Part shown: in pieces, positions 53,244 through 62,421 of the stretch
How positions within the stretch are numbered: the first letter of the stretch is position 1
Layout of the letters: each line of letters opens with the position of its first letter
DNA from: an uncultured bacterium
Lineage (GTDB): Bacteria; Chloroflexota; UBA5177; JANWHV01
DNA length: 64,000 nt
Direction of reading: 5' to 3'
Assembly (NCBI GenBank): GCA_963827235.1
Contig: CAWHAE010000011.1
Span: 1-64,000, forward strand
Translations under genes and position numbers: made by a program
Notes under the pieces: model-generated
Seen by the model: only the letters and a program-made list of their open reading frames with translations
What the model was told of the DNA's origin: nothing
Databases searched by the model: none

Positions 53244-53279
53244 TCACATCGACCAGAACAGAATTACGGACTACAGAAT
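53244..53279. promoter_or_regulatory. Operator pair in the divergent IclR / flavin reductase-GntR region
   Basis: TCACA-TCGAC-CAGAAC and TTACG-GACTA-CAGAAT at 20-bp spacing. Confidence 0.45.
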
Positions 53280-53297
53280 TGTGGTACCCTCGCGCCC

Positions 53298-54452
53298 GTG
53301 GACGGCCGACTCCAGCATCCAGAAATCGACAGCTCGACCTTCCGTGATGTCGTTGGACGCTTCGCCAGCGGAGTTACCGTCATTACGGCCAGCGACTGTG
53401 GTCAAGACTTCGGCATGACCGCGAGCGCGATGAGTTCCCTGTCGTTGGATCCTCCAATGATCCTCATCTGTGTCAATCGCCGCGCCGCGTCGCGACAGGC
53501 CATCAGCCACGCGCGGGTCTTCGGCGTGAACATCCTCCACGAGGACCAGGCGTCACTGGCGGTCCACTTCGCCACCCCGCAAGCCGATAAGTTCAAGGCC
53601 TTGCCTGTCTCGCGTGGTGCCCTGGGCTGCCCTCGACTGGCAGGCGTATTGGCCTGGCTTGAATGCGAGGTGGTCGAGGAGGTCGAGGGCGGCACACACA
53701 GCGTCTACTTCGGCAGAGTCAAAGAGGCCGCTGCCCGGGAGGGGCGTCCGCTTGCCTACTTCCGGGGAAAGTTCGGCCAGCTGTACTCCGGAAACACTGA
53801 TCCTGTCGCTGTCAGCCTCCGCGAACACTGCCTGGGAACGCTGAGTGACGATGAAGCCCTGAATCTGGAGAACCTCGCCCGTGGGCTGGGCGTGGGAGTG
53901 CCCGACATCCAGCGATCCCTCTCGTCGCTCATCGCAGACGGCGTCGTTTACTACGACGTCGAGCGCGGGTATCGCGTGCGCCACCTCACCGAGCAGCGCA
54001 TTGCCCGTTCCGTCGAAGCAGCATGTGCAATCGAAATGGGGGCGCTGGACGTGGCCTTCTGTGGGACGAACGGACGACCCAGTGCCACCGAGATCGATAA
54101 CGTCGCGATGGCAGTCGAGGAACTCGAGAGAAGGCTCATCCAGGGCAACGTGGACGACGCCACATCCTATGCGCGCGCCAATAGCCACCTGCACGAGGCA
54201 ATTGTCTCGCTGGCCCGATCGCCCGAGTTGCTGGATGCCTACCGCCGGCTCGCAGTCCCCGGGATGCTCGTTCGCGCCCTTGGCTCCGCGCCTGAGGGAT
54301 CACTTCGCGAGCGGCAGGCCGAACATCGGCGAATCCTCGAATGCCTTCTTGCAGGTGATCAGGCCGGAGCTCGACTGGCACTGTTTCAGCACGTCCATAA
54401 CTCCCAGGCATCCCGGGGTAACGCAGTGCCGGACCCGGCCGACGCGCCCTGA
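53298..54452 (+). CDS. Flavin reductase fused to a GntR-type HTH and FCD domain
   Basis: FRDVVGRFASGVTVIT...SLSLDPP...GGTH; then LARGLGVGVPDIQRSLSSLIADG (wHTH) and N..LHEAIV...EHRRILE (FCD). Confidence 0.85.
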   Translation: MDGRLQHPEIDSSTFRDVVGRFASGVTVITASDCGQDFGMTASAMSSLSLDPPMILICVNRRAASRQAISHARVFGVNILHEDQASLAVHFATPQADKFKALPVSRGALGCPRLAGVLAWLECEVVEEVEGGTHSVYFGRVKEAAAREGRPLAYFRGKFGQLYSGNTDPVAVSLREHCLGTLSDDEALNLENLARGLGVGVPDIQRSLSSLIADGVVYYDVERGYRVRHLTEQRIARSVEAACAIEMGALDVAFCGTNGRPSATEIDNVAMAVEELERRLIQGNVDDATSYARANSHLHEAIVSLARSPELLDAYRRLAVPGMLVRALGSAPEGSLRERQAEHRRILECLLAGDQAGARLALFQHVHNSQASRGNAVPDPADAP

Positions 54453-54569
54453 CGCGGTGACGGACGCCGGTCAGCCGGTGAGCCAGGCATGCGCCGCCCG
54501 GACAATCTCGTTGACGGTTCCACAGGGCGCAGCCGGCGGCGAAGGTGTCAGCCCCCCGATCCGCTCGAG

Positions 54570-55346
54570 CTAGTTGGTGACAAACGCTCGCTCGACTACA
54601 TAGTCACCGGGCTCGCCCACGCGCGGTGAGACGTGAAAGCCACGGGAATCGAGCAACGCGGAAAGGTCCTTGAGCATTGCGGGACTACCGCAGACCATGG
54701 CTTTGTCAATTCCGGGATCGAGTGTCGGCAGTCCAATGTCGGTGAACAGCTTGCCGGACTCGATGAGGTCGGTGATACGTCCCTGGTAGCGGAAGCGCTC
54801 GCGCGTGACGGTGGGGTAATAGATCAGCTGCTTTCTCACTAGCTCACCCAGGTATTCATGGTGGGTCAATTCCCAGTCGATGAAGTCGCGATACGCGAGT
54901 TCGCTACGATATCGCACGCCATGGATCAGCACGATCTTGTCGAAGCGTTTATAAAGCTCCGGATCCTTGATAAGGCTCATGAAGGGCGCAAGGCCAGTAC
55001 CGGAGCCCAACAGGTAAAGATGCTTGCCGGGCTTCAGGTCGTGCAGCAATAACGTACCGGTGGGCTTGCGGCTAACGAGCACCTCGTCGCCCGGCTTGAT
55101 GTGCTGAAGCAGCGAAGTAAGCGGGCCGTCGGCGACCTTGATACTGAGAAACTCGAGGAACTCCTCGTGATTGGCACTAGCGATGCTGTAGGCGCGCATC
55201 AACGGCTTGCCATTGACCACCAGCCCCAGCATGACGAAATGGCCGTTCTCGAAGCGCAGGCCTTGATCGCGCGTCGTGGTGAAGCTGAATACCGTCGGGC
55301 TCCAGTGATGCACCGTCAGAACTCGCTCTGTGCCAATCGTCGCCAT
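54570..55346 (-). CDS. fpr: Ferredoxin-NADP(+) reductase
   Basis: RAYSIAS, GPLTS, KPTGTL, GTGLAPF, YYPTVTRE, CGSPAML, ERAF. Confidence 0.93.
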   Translation of the reverse strand: MATIGTERVLTVHHWSPTVFSFTTTRDQGLRFENGHFVMLGLVVNGKPLMRAYSIASANHEEFLEFLSIKVADGPLTSLLQHIKPGDEVLVSRKPTGTLLLHDLKPGKHLYLLGSGTGLAPFMSLIKDPELYKRFDKIVLIHGVRYRSELAYRDFIDWELTHHEYLGELVRKQLIYYPTVTRERFRYQGRITDLIESGKLFTDIGLPTLDPGIDKAMVCGSPAMLKDLSALLDSRGFHVSPRVGEPGDYVVERAFVTN

Positions 55347-55391
55347 GCTGTTTGATCTTCCGGTAAGTACGACCCATCGTCTGCATATCGA

Positions 55392-57344
55392 TCAGCGTGC
55401 CGGCTGGCGGCGCGCCATCGGCGACGCGGCATCCGTCATGAAAGCACCGAAGAAACGCTGCAGTTCCTCGTAGTCGTCGAGGGGCAGTACGTGTGCAACG
55501 TACTGATCCGGCCGGACGATGACGAGCGCACCGCTTGCCCGGTCGATCCCACGCAGGTCAAAGATGTCCGGACCCTGCTTGTGTCCGGGCAGTAGGCTTT
55601 CTCGTAGTCAATGAGCCCGTACCGTCCTTTGCGCGGCAACAACAGGCCCGGCAACTCGCTGACCGACAGAAGGCGATGGGCCTGCTGGAAGACGGCAATC
55701 AACTCGATCGCATCATCGATGTCTGCGCCCGCCGCCGTGTGTCGTTTCAGCGGCGAGGACGGCGAGGTCTCCAGAAACGCACACAGCTCCCGTAGCCGAG
55801 AGACGGGGTCGGAAGGTGCCGCGGGATCTGCAAAGGCAAACATCCGCCAGCGCCCATCTGCACGCACGACGTGTCCGAGTTGCACCGGCTTTGCATCCGC
55901 CAGGCGAATGACCGGCGCAGAATGAAAGCGCATGCCGATCACGAAGCCGGTTGCCAGGTCCTGGAAGGTCGACGCGCCTGTCAGGAGCGACGGCTTATAA
56001 CAGGTGGCAACGCCGGCTGTGTACCGGCCGTGTCGGAGGAAATATTCCTGAAATTCAGCGGGGTCGACCGCATCCTCCGTGGCGCCAGGCGCTCCTTTCG
56101 GTCGCGCGCTGAACATGCGAGCCCACTTGTGGTCGAAATCGAAGAGATCCTTGGCAATGGCCTTGCGCTCCTCGGAGTAGGTAGCCAGCAGGTGCGGCTC
56201 GGCGCGCCCTGTCAGCACGGCAGCGAGCTTCCACCCCAGATTGAAGGTGTCCTGCATGGAAACATTCATGCCCTGCCCTGCCTTTGGGCTGTGGGTGTGG
56301 CAGGCATCGCCGGCGATGAACACCCTGGGAAGCCGGCCCTGGTCGGCCTCGGAGAGGCAGTCGTCGAAGCCATCGCACAAGCGATGGCCAATCTCATAGA
56401 CGGACCACCAGGCAACTTCCTTCACTTCGAACGAGTAGGGGCGCAGGATCCTGGTCGCCGCCGCAATGAGGTGTTCAGGCGTCACGTCGAGGTTCGCGAC
56501 CCGCTGGTTCTCTGCCAGCTTGTCGAGCTCGACATACATGCGCACGAGGTACCCCCCCTCGCGTGGAATGATCAGCATGCTGCCATCGGTCGCGGAGTGG
56601 ATTGCCGCCTTGCGACGAATGTCGGGGAAATCCGTGACGGCCAGGACATCCATGACGCCCCAGGCTTGGTTGGCGGCATCGCCTTTCATGGTGCGACCAA
56701 TGAAGCCACGGACGGCGCTGCGCGCGCCGTCGCAGCCGACCACGTATCGGGCGCGCACGATCTCGGGAGCTCCGGCCAACCCGCCGTCCACGCGCTCGAT
56801 GCGCGCTGTCAGCGGAAAGGCCGACGGATTGCTCAGCGACGCGGAATTTATCTTCAGGGAGACCAGCCGGCGGGCATAGGCGGGCTCCAGAGGCACTGCG
56901 GCATGGCGCATCACATCCAGATAGAACTCGTGTATCCGCGCCTGGTTCGAGGATCACATGCGGAAATTCCGAGAGGCCGTCCTCCACGTCCTGAACGACG
57001 CGAGCCCGATCGATCCGGCCAGGCTCATTCTGATTGGGCGTCCAAAACGAGGTTTCGTTGACCCAATAGGCCTCGCGCAGGACGCGCTCGGCAAAGCCGA
57101 AAGCCTGGAACATTTCCATCGTGCGACAGGCCACTCCATCGGCCTGTCCCAGCTGCAGCGGCCCGGCTTTCTGCTCGATGATTCGCGTCCGGATTGACGG
57201 GAACGCGGCCAGCTGCGCTGCCAGGGTGAGCCCCGTGGGACCGCACCCCACGATCAAAACGTCGACCTCCTCGGGCAAGGCATCCTTGACGGCATCACTG
57301 TGCCCGGGATCGCCCGACCGAAATCCGTTGAGATAGAACTGCAT
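55392..57344 (-). CDS. mobA: 3-hydroxybenzoate 4-monooxygenase / phenol 2-monooxygenase family (frameshifts near 56950 and 55580)
   Basis: N-terminus MQFYLNGFR...VDVLIVGCGP...GQADGVACRTMEMF...EDGLSEFPHVIL closely recalls Comamonas MobA; GDACHTHSPKAGQGMN; C-terminal VRPDQYVA. Confidence 0.8.
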
Positions 57345-57439
57345 GCCAGCCTCCCGCGCTGGCGCCAGTGTCAGCGGCGGCTTCTATATAGGAAAGACCT
57401 TTTCCGTTATAGTCTTCATCTCTTTTTGAGATACTTGAA

Positions 57440-58423
57440 ATGGCCGCGCTCGATATCAAATGGCTCCGCGTTTTCGTCGAGATCCACAGGACGCGCAGTG
57501 TTTCACTGGCCGCGCAAAGGCTCGGCATGGCACAAGCCCGCGCCAGCGGAATCCTGGCCAAGCTGCGGCGTCACTTCGGCGATCCGTTGTTTGCGCGGAC
57601 CTCCCAAGGCATGGAACCCACGCCGTACGCAGACAAGATTTTCCCGGATGCACTCCAGTGCTGCGATCGCCTAGCGGTCCCGGACAGGTATCGAAGCGTG
57701 TTCGATCACTCGAGCACGCAGCGCCATTTCCGCATCTGCATGACGGACATCAGCGAGGTGGTCGTGCTGCCCTCGCTAGTGAATGAGCTCGGCCGTATTG
57801 CGCCTGGAATCACAGTCGAGATAGAACGCATCTCGGTGGAGAGTCCACGCCGCTTGGAGTCGGGGGATCTCGATCTGGCCGTCGGTTATATGCCGGACCT
57901 AGAAGCCGGCTTCTACCAGCAAACACTCTTCCGCCAGGGATTCGTCTGCCTTGCCGCCAAGCGGCACCCCCGGATTCAGGAGCGGATGACCCGCGAGCTC
58001 TTTGCGCGGGAGGGACACGTGGTAGTGATCAGCTCGGGTACAGGCCAGGTCATCGTGGAATCCGAATATGCGCGGAGGAAGGTCCGCCGCAACATCCTTC
58101 TGCGAGTCCCGAGCTTCCTGGGGCTGGGGAGCATCGTCGCCACGACCGAGCTTCTCACCACGGTTCCGCAAAGACTGGCAGATGTCGTCGCTTCAAATGC
58201 AGCAGTCACGATCCATCCCACGCCTATCCCCCTGCCCTCGTACGAGGTGAAGCTCCACTGGCACTCTCGATACCATGCTGATCCCGGCAACGCCTGGGTC
58301 AGGAATCTGATCGCCCGACTGCTAAGCATGGGAGCTGCGGCGACCCTTTCGGAACGCATGGGCCGTCGATCTCGCAATCGAATTGACCAGGACGAACTGC
58401 GAGGATCGTCCCGGTCACGCTAG
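57440..58423 (+). CDS. LysR-family regulator (NahR/DntR-like), divergent from mobA
   Basis: LDIKWLRVF...LRRHFGDPLFART..GMEPT; LESGDLDLAVG; WHSRYHADPGNAW. Confidence 0.92.
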   Translation: MAALDIKWLRVFVEIHRTRSVSLAAQRLGMAQARASGILAKLRRHFGDPLFARTSQGMEPTPYADKIFPDALQCCDRLAVPDRYRSVFDHSSTQRHFRICMTDISEVVVLPSLVNELGRIAPGITVEIERISVESPRRLESGDLDLAVGYMPDLEAGFYQQTLFRQGFVCLAAKRHPRIQERMTRELFAREGHVVVISSGTGQVIVESEYARRKVRRNILLRVPSFLGLGSIVATTELLTTVPQRLADVVASNAAVTIHPTPIPLPSYEVKLHWHSRYHADPGNAWVRNLIARLLSMGAAATLSERMGRRSRNRIDQDELRGSSRSR

Positions 58424-59001
58424 TCGAAGAAGGGGTTGCCGTCCCGGGCGGCGGTGGCCGGCAGCCCAGGGCGCTTTACGGCTTCATCCGGAAGTTGGTG
58501 GTCGCACACCCTACCCTCCTCGAACCTAGACCCCCTCTCTTTCGCCTCCGTATAGGCAACTCCTCACAGGAACGCTCTCAATCGACGGACTTCCTCGGCA
58601 GCTCGCAGCAAGTCACAGGCCACGCCAGCACTTCCAATCGGCAAGATTTCCCGCTCTCTGCACTCCGCCCGGTGGGGCTTCACCTTGCCCAAATCATACA
58701 TTGCGGTCAGGCTCAGGGAGGCGCTCTCCCAGAGCAGCGGCATCGGGCGCCTCATCGACGAGGCTGAACCTCACGGGCACTGCGTCGTCGACGATGTCGT
58801 TGCACGCGGCGTCGCCGCATGCGACCGACACACACGAGAATTCGACTGCCCCATCGATTGGACGCCTGTTACTCGCCGAACGTCGTCGGAATTGCTTGCC
58901 TGTCCTCAGCTCTGCCCGCGGACAGCTTGATACGACCGTCCCACTGCCCGCGATCGAGACCGGCATCGGACCGCCGCTCAATGCCGGGCAGTGCGCGACG
59001 C

Positions 59002-59607
59002 TTACTTTACTTTCGGTGGCGGAGCAGCCTGCGCACTCGGCTCCTTCGCCAGCTCTGAAAGCGGCTTGCGCAGGTAGTCCGGAAGCTTGGTGGGAATTAC
59101 CGCCGGGTCCCAATGCTCGGCCAACTTACCGTTCTTCACACGCCATGCATCAAACCAGAACGCTTCGTAATACTTCCCCTTGTGCTGCGGGTCGGGAAGA
59201 TAGCGCTGCTCGAGTACAACGATCATGTCGCACTCGGCCAGGACCATGTAAAGAGGATTGCCCTTCGGAGCGTCTGCCGGAGGGGGCGCGAACGGACCAT
59301 CACCACTCATCATCATTGGCATCAGCGCCTTGAATTCCTCAAGCCCATGGAGATGGTTGATCTCGCCGAAGCGTTTGAACTCAGGATTATGCTGTATATA
59401 GTCCTTGTCCATTATTTCCGGCCCCTTCGCGATGTCCTTCGGATTCGCCGGCATCTGAAACATGGTGGCTGCAAGCTTCTTGTTCGCCTCGATCGTGGCC
59501 GGGTCTGGGCACGCCGAATCACCCTTGCCAGCGCCCGTGGCCGCTTGCACGGCCACCGCCGGCAGCATATTCGCCACGACAATTGCTCCGAAAATCATGT
59601 AACGCAT
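59002..59607 (-). CDS. Secreted SnoaL/NTF2-like protein (intact paralog of 25241-25844)
   Basis: Signal peptide, ANKKL, DYIQHNP, FDAWRVKNGKLAEHWD. Confidence 0.85.
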   Translation of the reverse strand: MRYMIFGAIVVANMLPAVAVQAATGAGKGDSACPDPATIEANKKLAATMFQMPANPKDIAKGPEIMDKDYIQHNPEFKRFGEINHLHGLEEFKALMPMMMSGDGPFAPPPADAPKGNPLYMVLAECDMIVVLEQRYLPDPQHKGKYYEAFWFDAWRVKNGKLAEHWDPAVIPTKLPDYLRKPLSELAKEPSAQAAPPPKVK

Positions 59608-59993
59608 GTCAGTCTATCCTCGACGTGGAAGTTGGTTGTGGTCCCCGCGCACTCACGGACCGGTCTTGCACATAAGCGTCTTCTCAACACCCATCAGGGC
59701 TTGCGCTCCCAATCACCCCAATACGCTGCATTGCCTCATCCTCGGCTCTTACGAACCAATTTGTGAGTACTCCGACACTCAGTAGTTGCGTTGTTGGGGG
59801 CGGAACCCCGTGATCAAATGTCGAAACACGGAGTTTCATCGACCTGAGGCCTGGGCGGCTCCAAACAGCGGCCTCGCCGACCGCTCCGCCAAGATACAAC
59901 CGTCATGAGAGCGATTCGCAAATGGGAAGCGTCCGGTGCCTGCCTCTATGCAGTGCACCGGCCTCTTCCGGACCGGAATCCAGGTGCGAGAAC

Positions 59994-61229
59994 TCACCCA
60001 GTCGTGACAGCTGCGACGCCGCCGACCTTGCGAGGCGCCGTCTCCTTGAGGAACAGGAACACGAGCACGCCCAGCGCCAGGCCAGCCATCGCCATCGTGA
60101 GCACGTGCTGGATGCCGTAGTGCTGCGCAATGCCGCCCGCAATCATCGGTGCGATGCCGCCGCCCAGCACCTCGCCCGAGCCGACGATGATGCCGGTGGT
60201 CGAGGAAACCAGGCCGCGGGGCGCCGCCTCGGAGGCGATCGGACCCGTGATCAGGCCCAGCATGCCGAAGCTGCAGAAGCAGGCCACGAAGAGCAGCGCG
60301 AACAGCGTTCCCGGCGAGGAGCCTGCGTTCGCAAACAGGTAGACGAAGATCGCGCCACCTAGAAAGCCCAGCATGCCGACTGGCTTGCGGCCGATCGCAT
60401 CCGACAGGCCCGGCAGGAACACCTGGCCGAGGAAGCCGCCAAATCCAATTGCCGACGTCACAAAGCCCATCTGCGTGCCCGGCAGCTTGACGTAGTCGGT
60501 CAGGTACTGCGGTACCAGCGCACTCAGCGTGAAGATGCCGCACATCGCGCAGAAAAGGCCGACCATGGCGACCGGCACGTTGCGCACCTTGAACATGGAG
60601 CCCAGCGGCGCGCGCTCGTGTGCGGCAACCGTGGCGTGCACGCCGAGCTCGTGCGGCTCCTTGATGACCTTGGCCAGCAGCAGGGCGAGGATCAGGCCAG
60701 GCACGGCGACCAGCACGAAGATCCAGCGCCAGCTCGTGACCTGCAGCAACTGCGTGGCGACGATCGGGCCCAGGGCCAGGCCGAAGAGCGGGAAGGTGCT
60801 CTGCTGCAGGCCCAGGTTGAAGCCGCGCCGCGAGGGCTTGGAGGCGTCATTGGTGGTGGCGAAACTGGTCGGGCAGAATGAGCCCTCGGTCACGCCCATG
60901 ATGCAGCGGACCAGCATCAGGCTCATGAAGCCGCTGGCCAGGCCACTCACTCCGGAGAGCAGGGAAAAGCCGATGATCGACGGGATAAGCACCTTCTTGC
61001 GGCCCAAGCGGTCGGAGAGGCCGCCTGCGAGCACCGCGAAGACGCCCCAGCTGATGCCCAGCAGGCCGATGATGTTGCCCGCCTGCTGATAGTTCAGGCC
61101 GAGGTCCCTGGCAATCGTGGGCATCATCGGCGCGATGATCCAGCGGTCCAGGCCTACGAGGCCGAAACCCAGCGCCAGCAGGGTAACGGCCTTCCACTCG
61201 TAGGACGTATTCCACGGCTTTTCCGACAT
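59994..61229 (-). CDS. MFS transporter
   Basis: GLVGLDRW, GLSDRLGRKK, LSDAIGRK; 12-TM pattern. Confidence 0.92.
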   Translation of the reverse strand: MSEKPWNTSYEWKAVTLLALGFGLVGLDRWIIAPMMPTIARDLGLNYQQAGNIIGLLGISWGVFAVLAGGLSDRLGRKKVLIPSIIGFSLLSGVSGLASGFMSLMLVRCIMGVTEGSFCPTSFATTNDASKPSRRGFNLGLQQSTFPLFGLALGPIVATQLLQVTSWRWIFVLVAVPGLILALLLAKVIKEPHELGVHATVAAHERAPLGSMFKVRNVPVAMVGLFCAMCGIFTLSALVPQYLTDYVKLPGTQMGFVTSAIGFGGFLGQVFLPGLSDAIGRKPVGMLGFLGGAIFVYLFANAGSSPGTLFALLFVACFCSFGMLGLITGPIASEAAPRGLVSSTTGIIVGSGEVLGGGIAPMIAGGIAQHYGIQHVLTMAMAGLALGVLVFLFLKETAPRKVGGVAAVTTG

Positions 61230-61397
61230 GTCTTGCTCTCCCCTTTGCATTCGCTATTCAGGGTTGCTGCCCCGGCGGCGGGCTCCGATGATCGCGCCAG
61301 CCTTGAGCCTCGGCGCTTTCCCCAAGTTCATTCTGGTCCCAGGAGAAAATACTAACATGGCTTCATAAGCCTGAAGTGGCCCAGGGCCGCCACGTGA

Positions 61398-61660
61398 TTG
61401 TTAACAACTGATGCGACAGTAATTATTCACTCCAGTAACGACGCACCCGCGGCCCGACCCGCGACCCAAGTCCCGCAATGCACTTGTTAAGAACTGGTGC
61501 GACAGTAATGATATACGCTCGGTCACAGCCCTCCCCGCGGCCCGCCCGGCGACCGCAGGGCCCGCGATGCACTTGTTAAGAACTGATGCAGCAGTAATGC
61601 AGCCCTCTGGTCACAGCCCCGCCAGCGGCCCGCCCGGAGGCCCCCGCAGGGCCCGTGCGG
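61398..61660. repeat. Three tandem ~86-89 bp repeats with a conserved 26-bp AT-rich core
   Basis: Cores TTGTTAACAACTGATGCGACAGTAAT (61398), TTGTTAAGAACTGGTGCGACAGTAAT (61484) and TTGTTAAGAACTGATGCAGCAGTAAT (61573); the intervening GC-rich parts are also related (GCGGCCCG...CCCG). Confidence 0.9.
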
Positions 61661-62421
61661 GCCGCGCGTGGCTGGCAGCAGCAGCTGTACTGCTGCTAGC
61701 CCCGGCGCTGTGGTGGCGGCACGAGGCGGCGCTGGGCGACGCTCTGGTGCAGGCCTACCCCGACGCCATCCCTGGCGACCCGGCGCTTGAAGGCTGGGCG
61801 CTGGCCCGGGGCCAAAGCGCGTACGCACGGCACTGCAGCAGCTGCCACGGGGCCGCGGGCGAAGGCGACCGGCGGCGCGGCGTTCCCGACCTGCGCGATG
61901 GCGACTGGCTCTACGGCTCGGGCCGCGTGCTCGAGATCGAGCGCGTGGTGCTCTATGGCATCCGCGCGGCGAATTCAAAGGGCTGGCGGCTATCGGTCAT
62001 GCCCGGCTACGCGCGACCCGAACCGGACAAGCAGTACCGGCTTGAGCCGCTGCGGCCGAGCGAGATCGACGACGTCACAGAGTACCTGATGAAGCTGCAG
62101 GGCCAGCCCTACGACGAGCTGATCGCCGCTCGTGGCGCGCTCGTTTACCGCAACCAGACGCGTGGTCTGTGCTGGGATTGCCACGGCGAGAACGCCCATG
62201 GCAACCCGGCGATCGGCGCGCCGCGGCTCACCGACCGCATCTGGTTGTATGGCGACGGCTCGCGCGCAGCGATCCGCCGCTCGATTTCCGAGGGCCGGGC
62301 CGGCACCTGCCCGCCATGGGTCGGCAAGCTCGATGCCGCGACGATCCGCGCGCTCGCAGTCTGGGTCCACCACCTGTCGGCGCTCGCGCCGGCTACCACG
62401 CATACGAGCGCTTCACCATGA
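61567..62421 (+). CDS. Diheme c-type cytochrome, CcoP/FixP-like
   Basis: CSSCH and CWDCH heme motifs; PDLRDGDWLYG and GAPRLTDRIWLYG; one N-terminal TM; start may be 61597 or later. Confidence 0.85.
   Translation: MHLLRTDAAVMQPSGHSPASGPPGGPRRARAGRAWLAAAAVLLLAPALWWRHEAALGDALVQAYPDAIPGDPALEGWALARGQSAYARHCSSCHGAAGEGDRRRGVPDLRDGDWLYGSGRVLEIERVVLYGIRAANSKGWRLSVMPGYARPEPDKQYRLEPLRPSEIDDVTEYLMKLQGQPYDELIAARGALVYRNQTRGLCWDCHGENAHGNPAIGAPRLTDRIWLYGDGSRAAIRRSISEGRAGTCPPWVGKLDAATIRALAVWVHHLSALAPATTHTSASP

Noticed and set aside
58424-59000. Hidden gene or ncRNA in the long gap after LysR (similar gaps at 24830-25240, 32200-32680 and 35100-35670)
   Set aside because: No recognisable protein motif, repeat or convincing RNA structure by eye; would need BLASTX/Infernal
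61398-61660. CRISPR array (26-bp repeats with ~60-bp spacers)
   Set aside because: The spacers are homologous to one another and long, the repeats are degenerate, there are only three units and no cas genes are present; this is a tandem duplication
61567-62421. ccoP of a cbb3 oxidase operon
   Set aside because: No ccoN/O/Q upstream, and the following genes are unrelated to the oxidase
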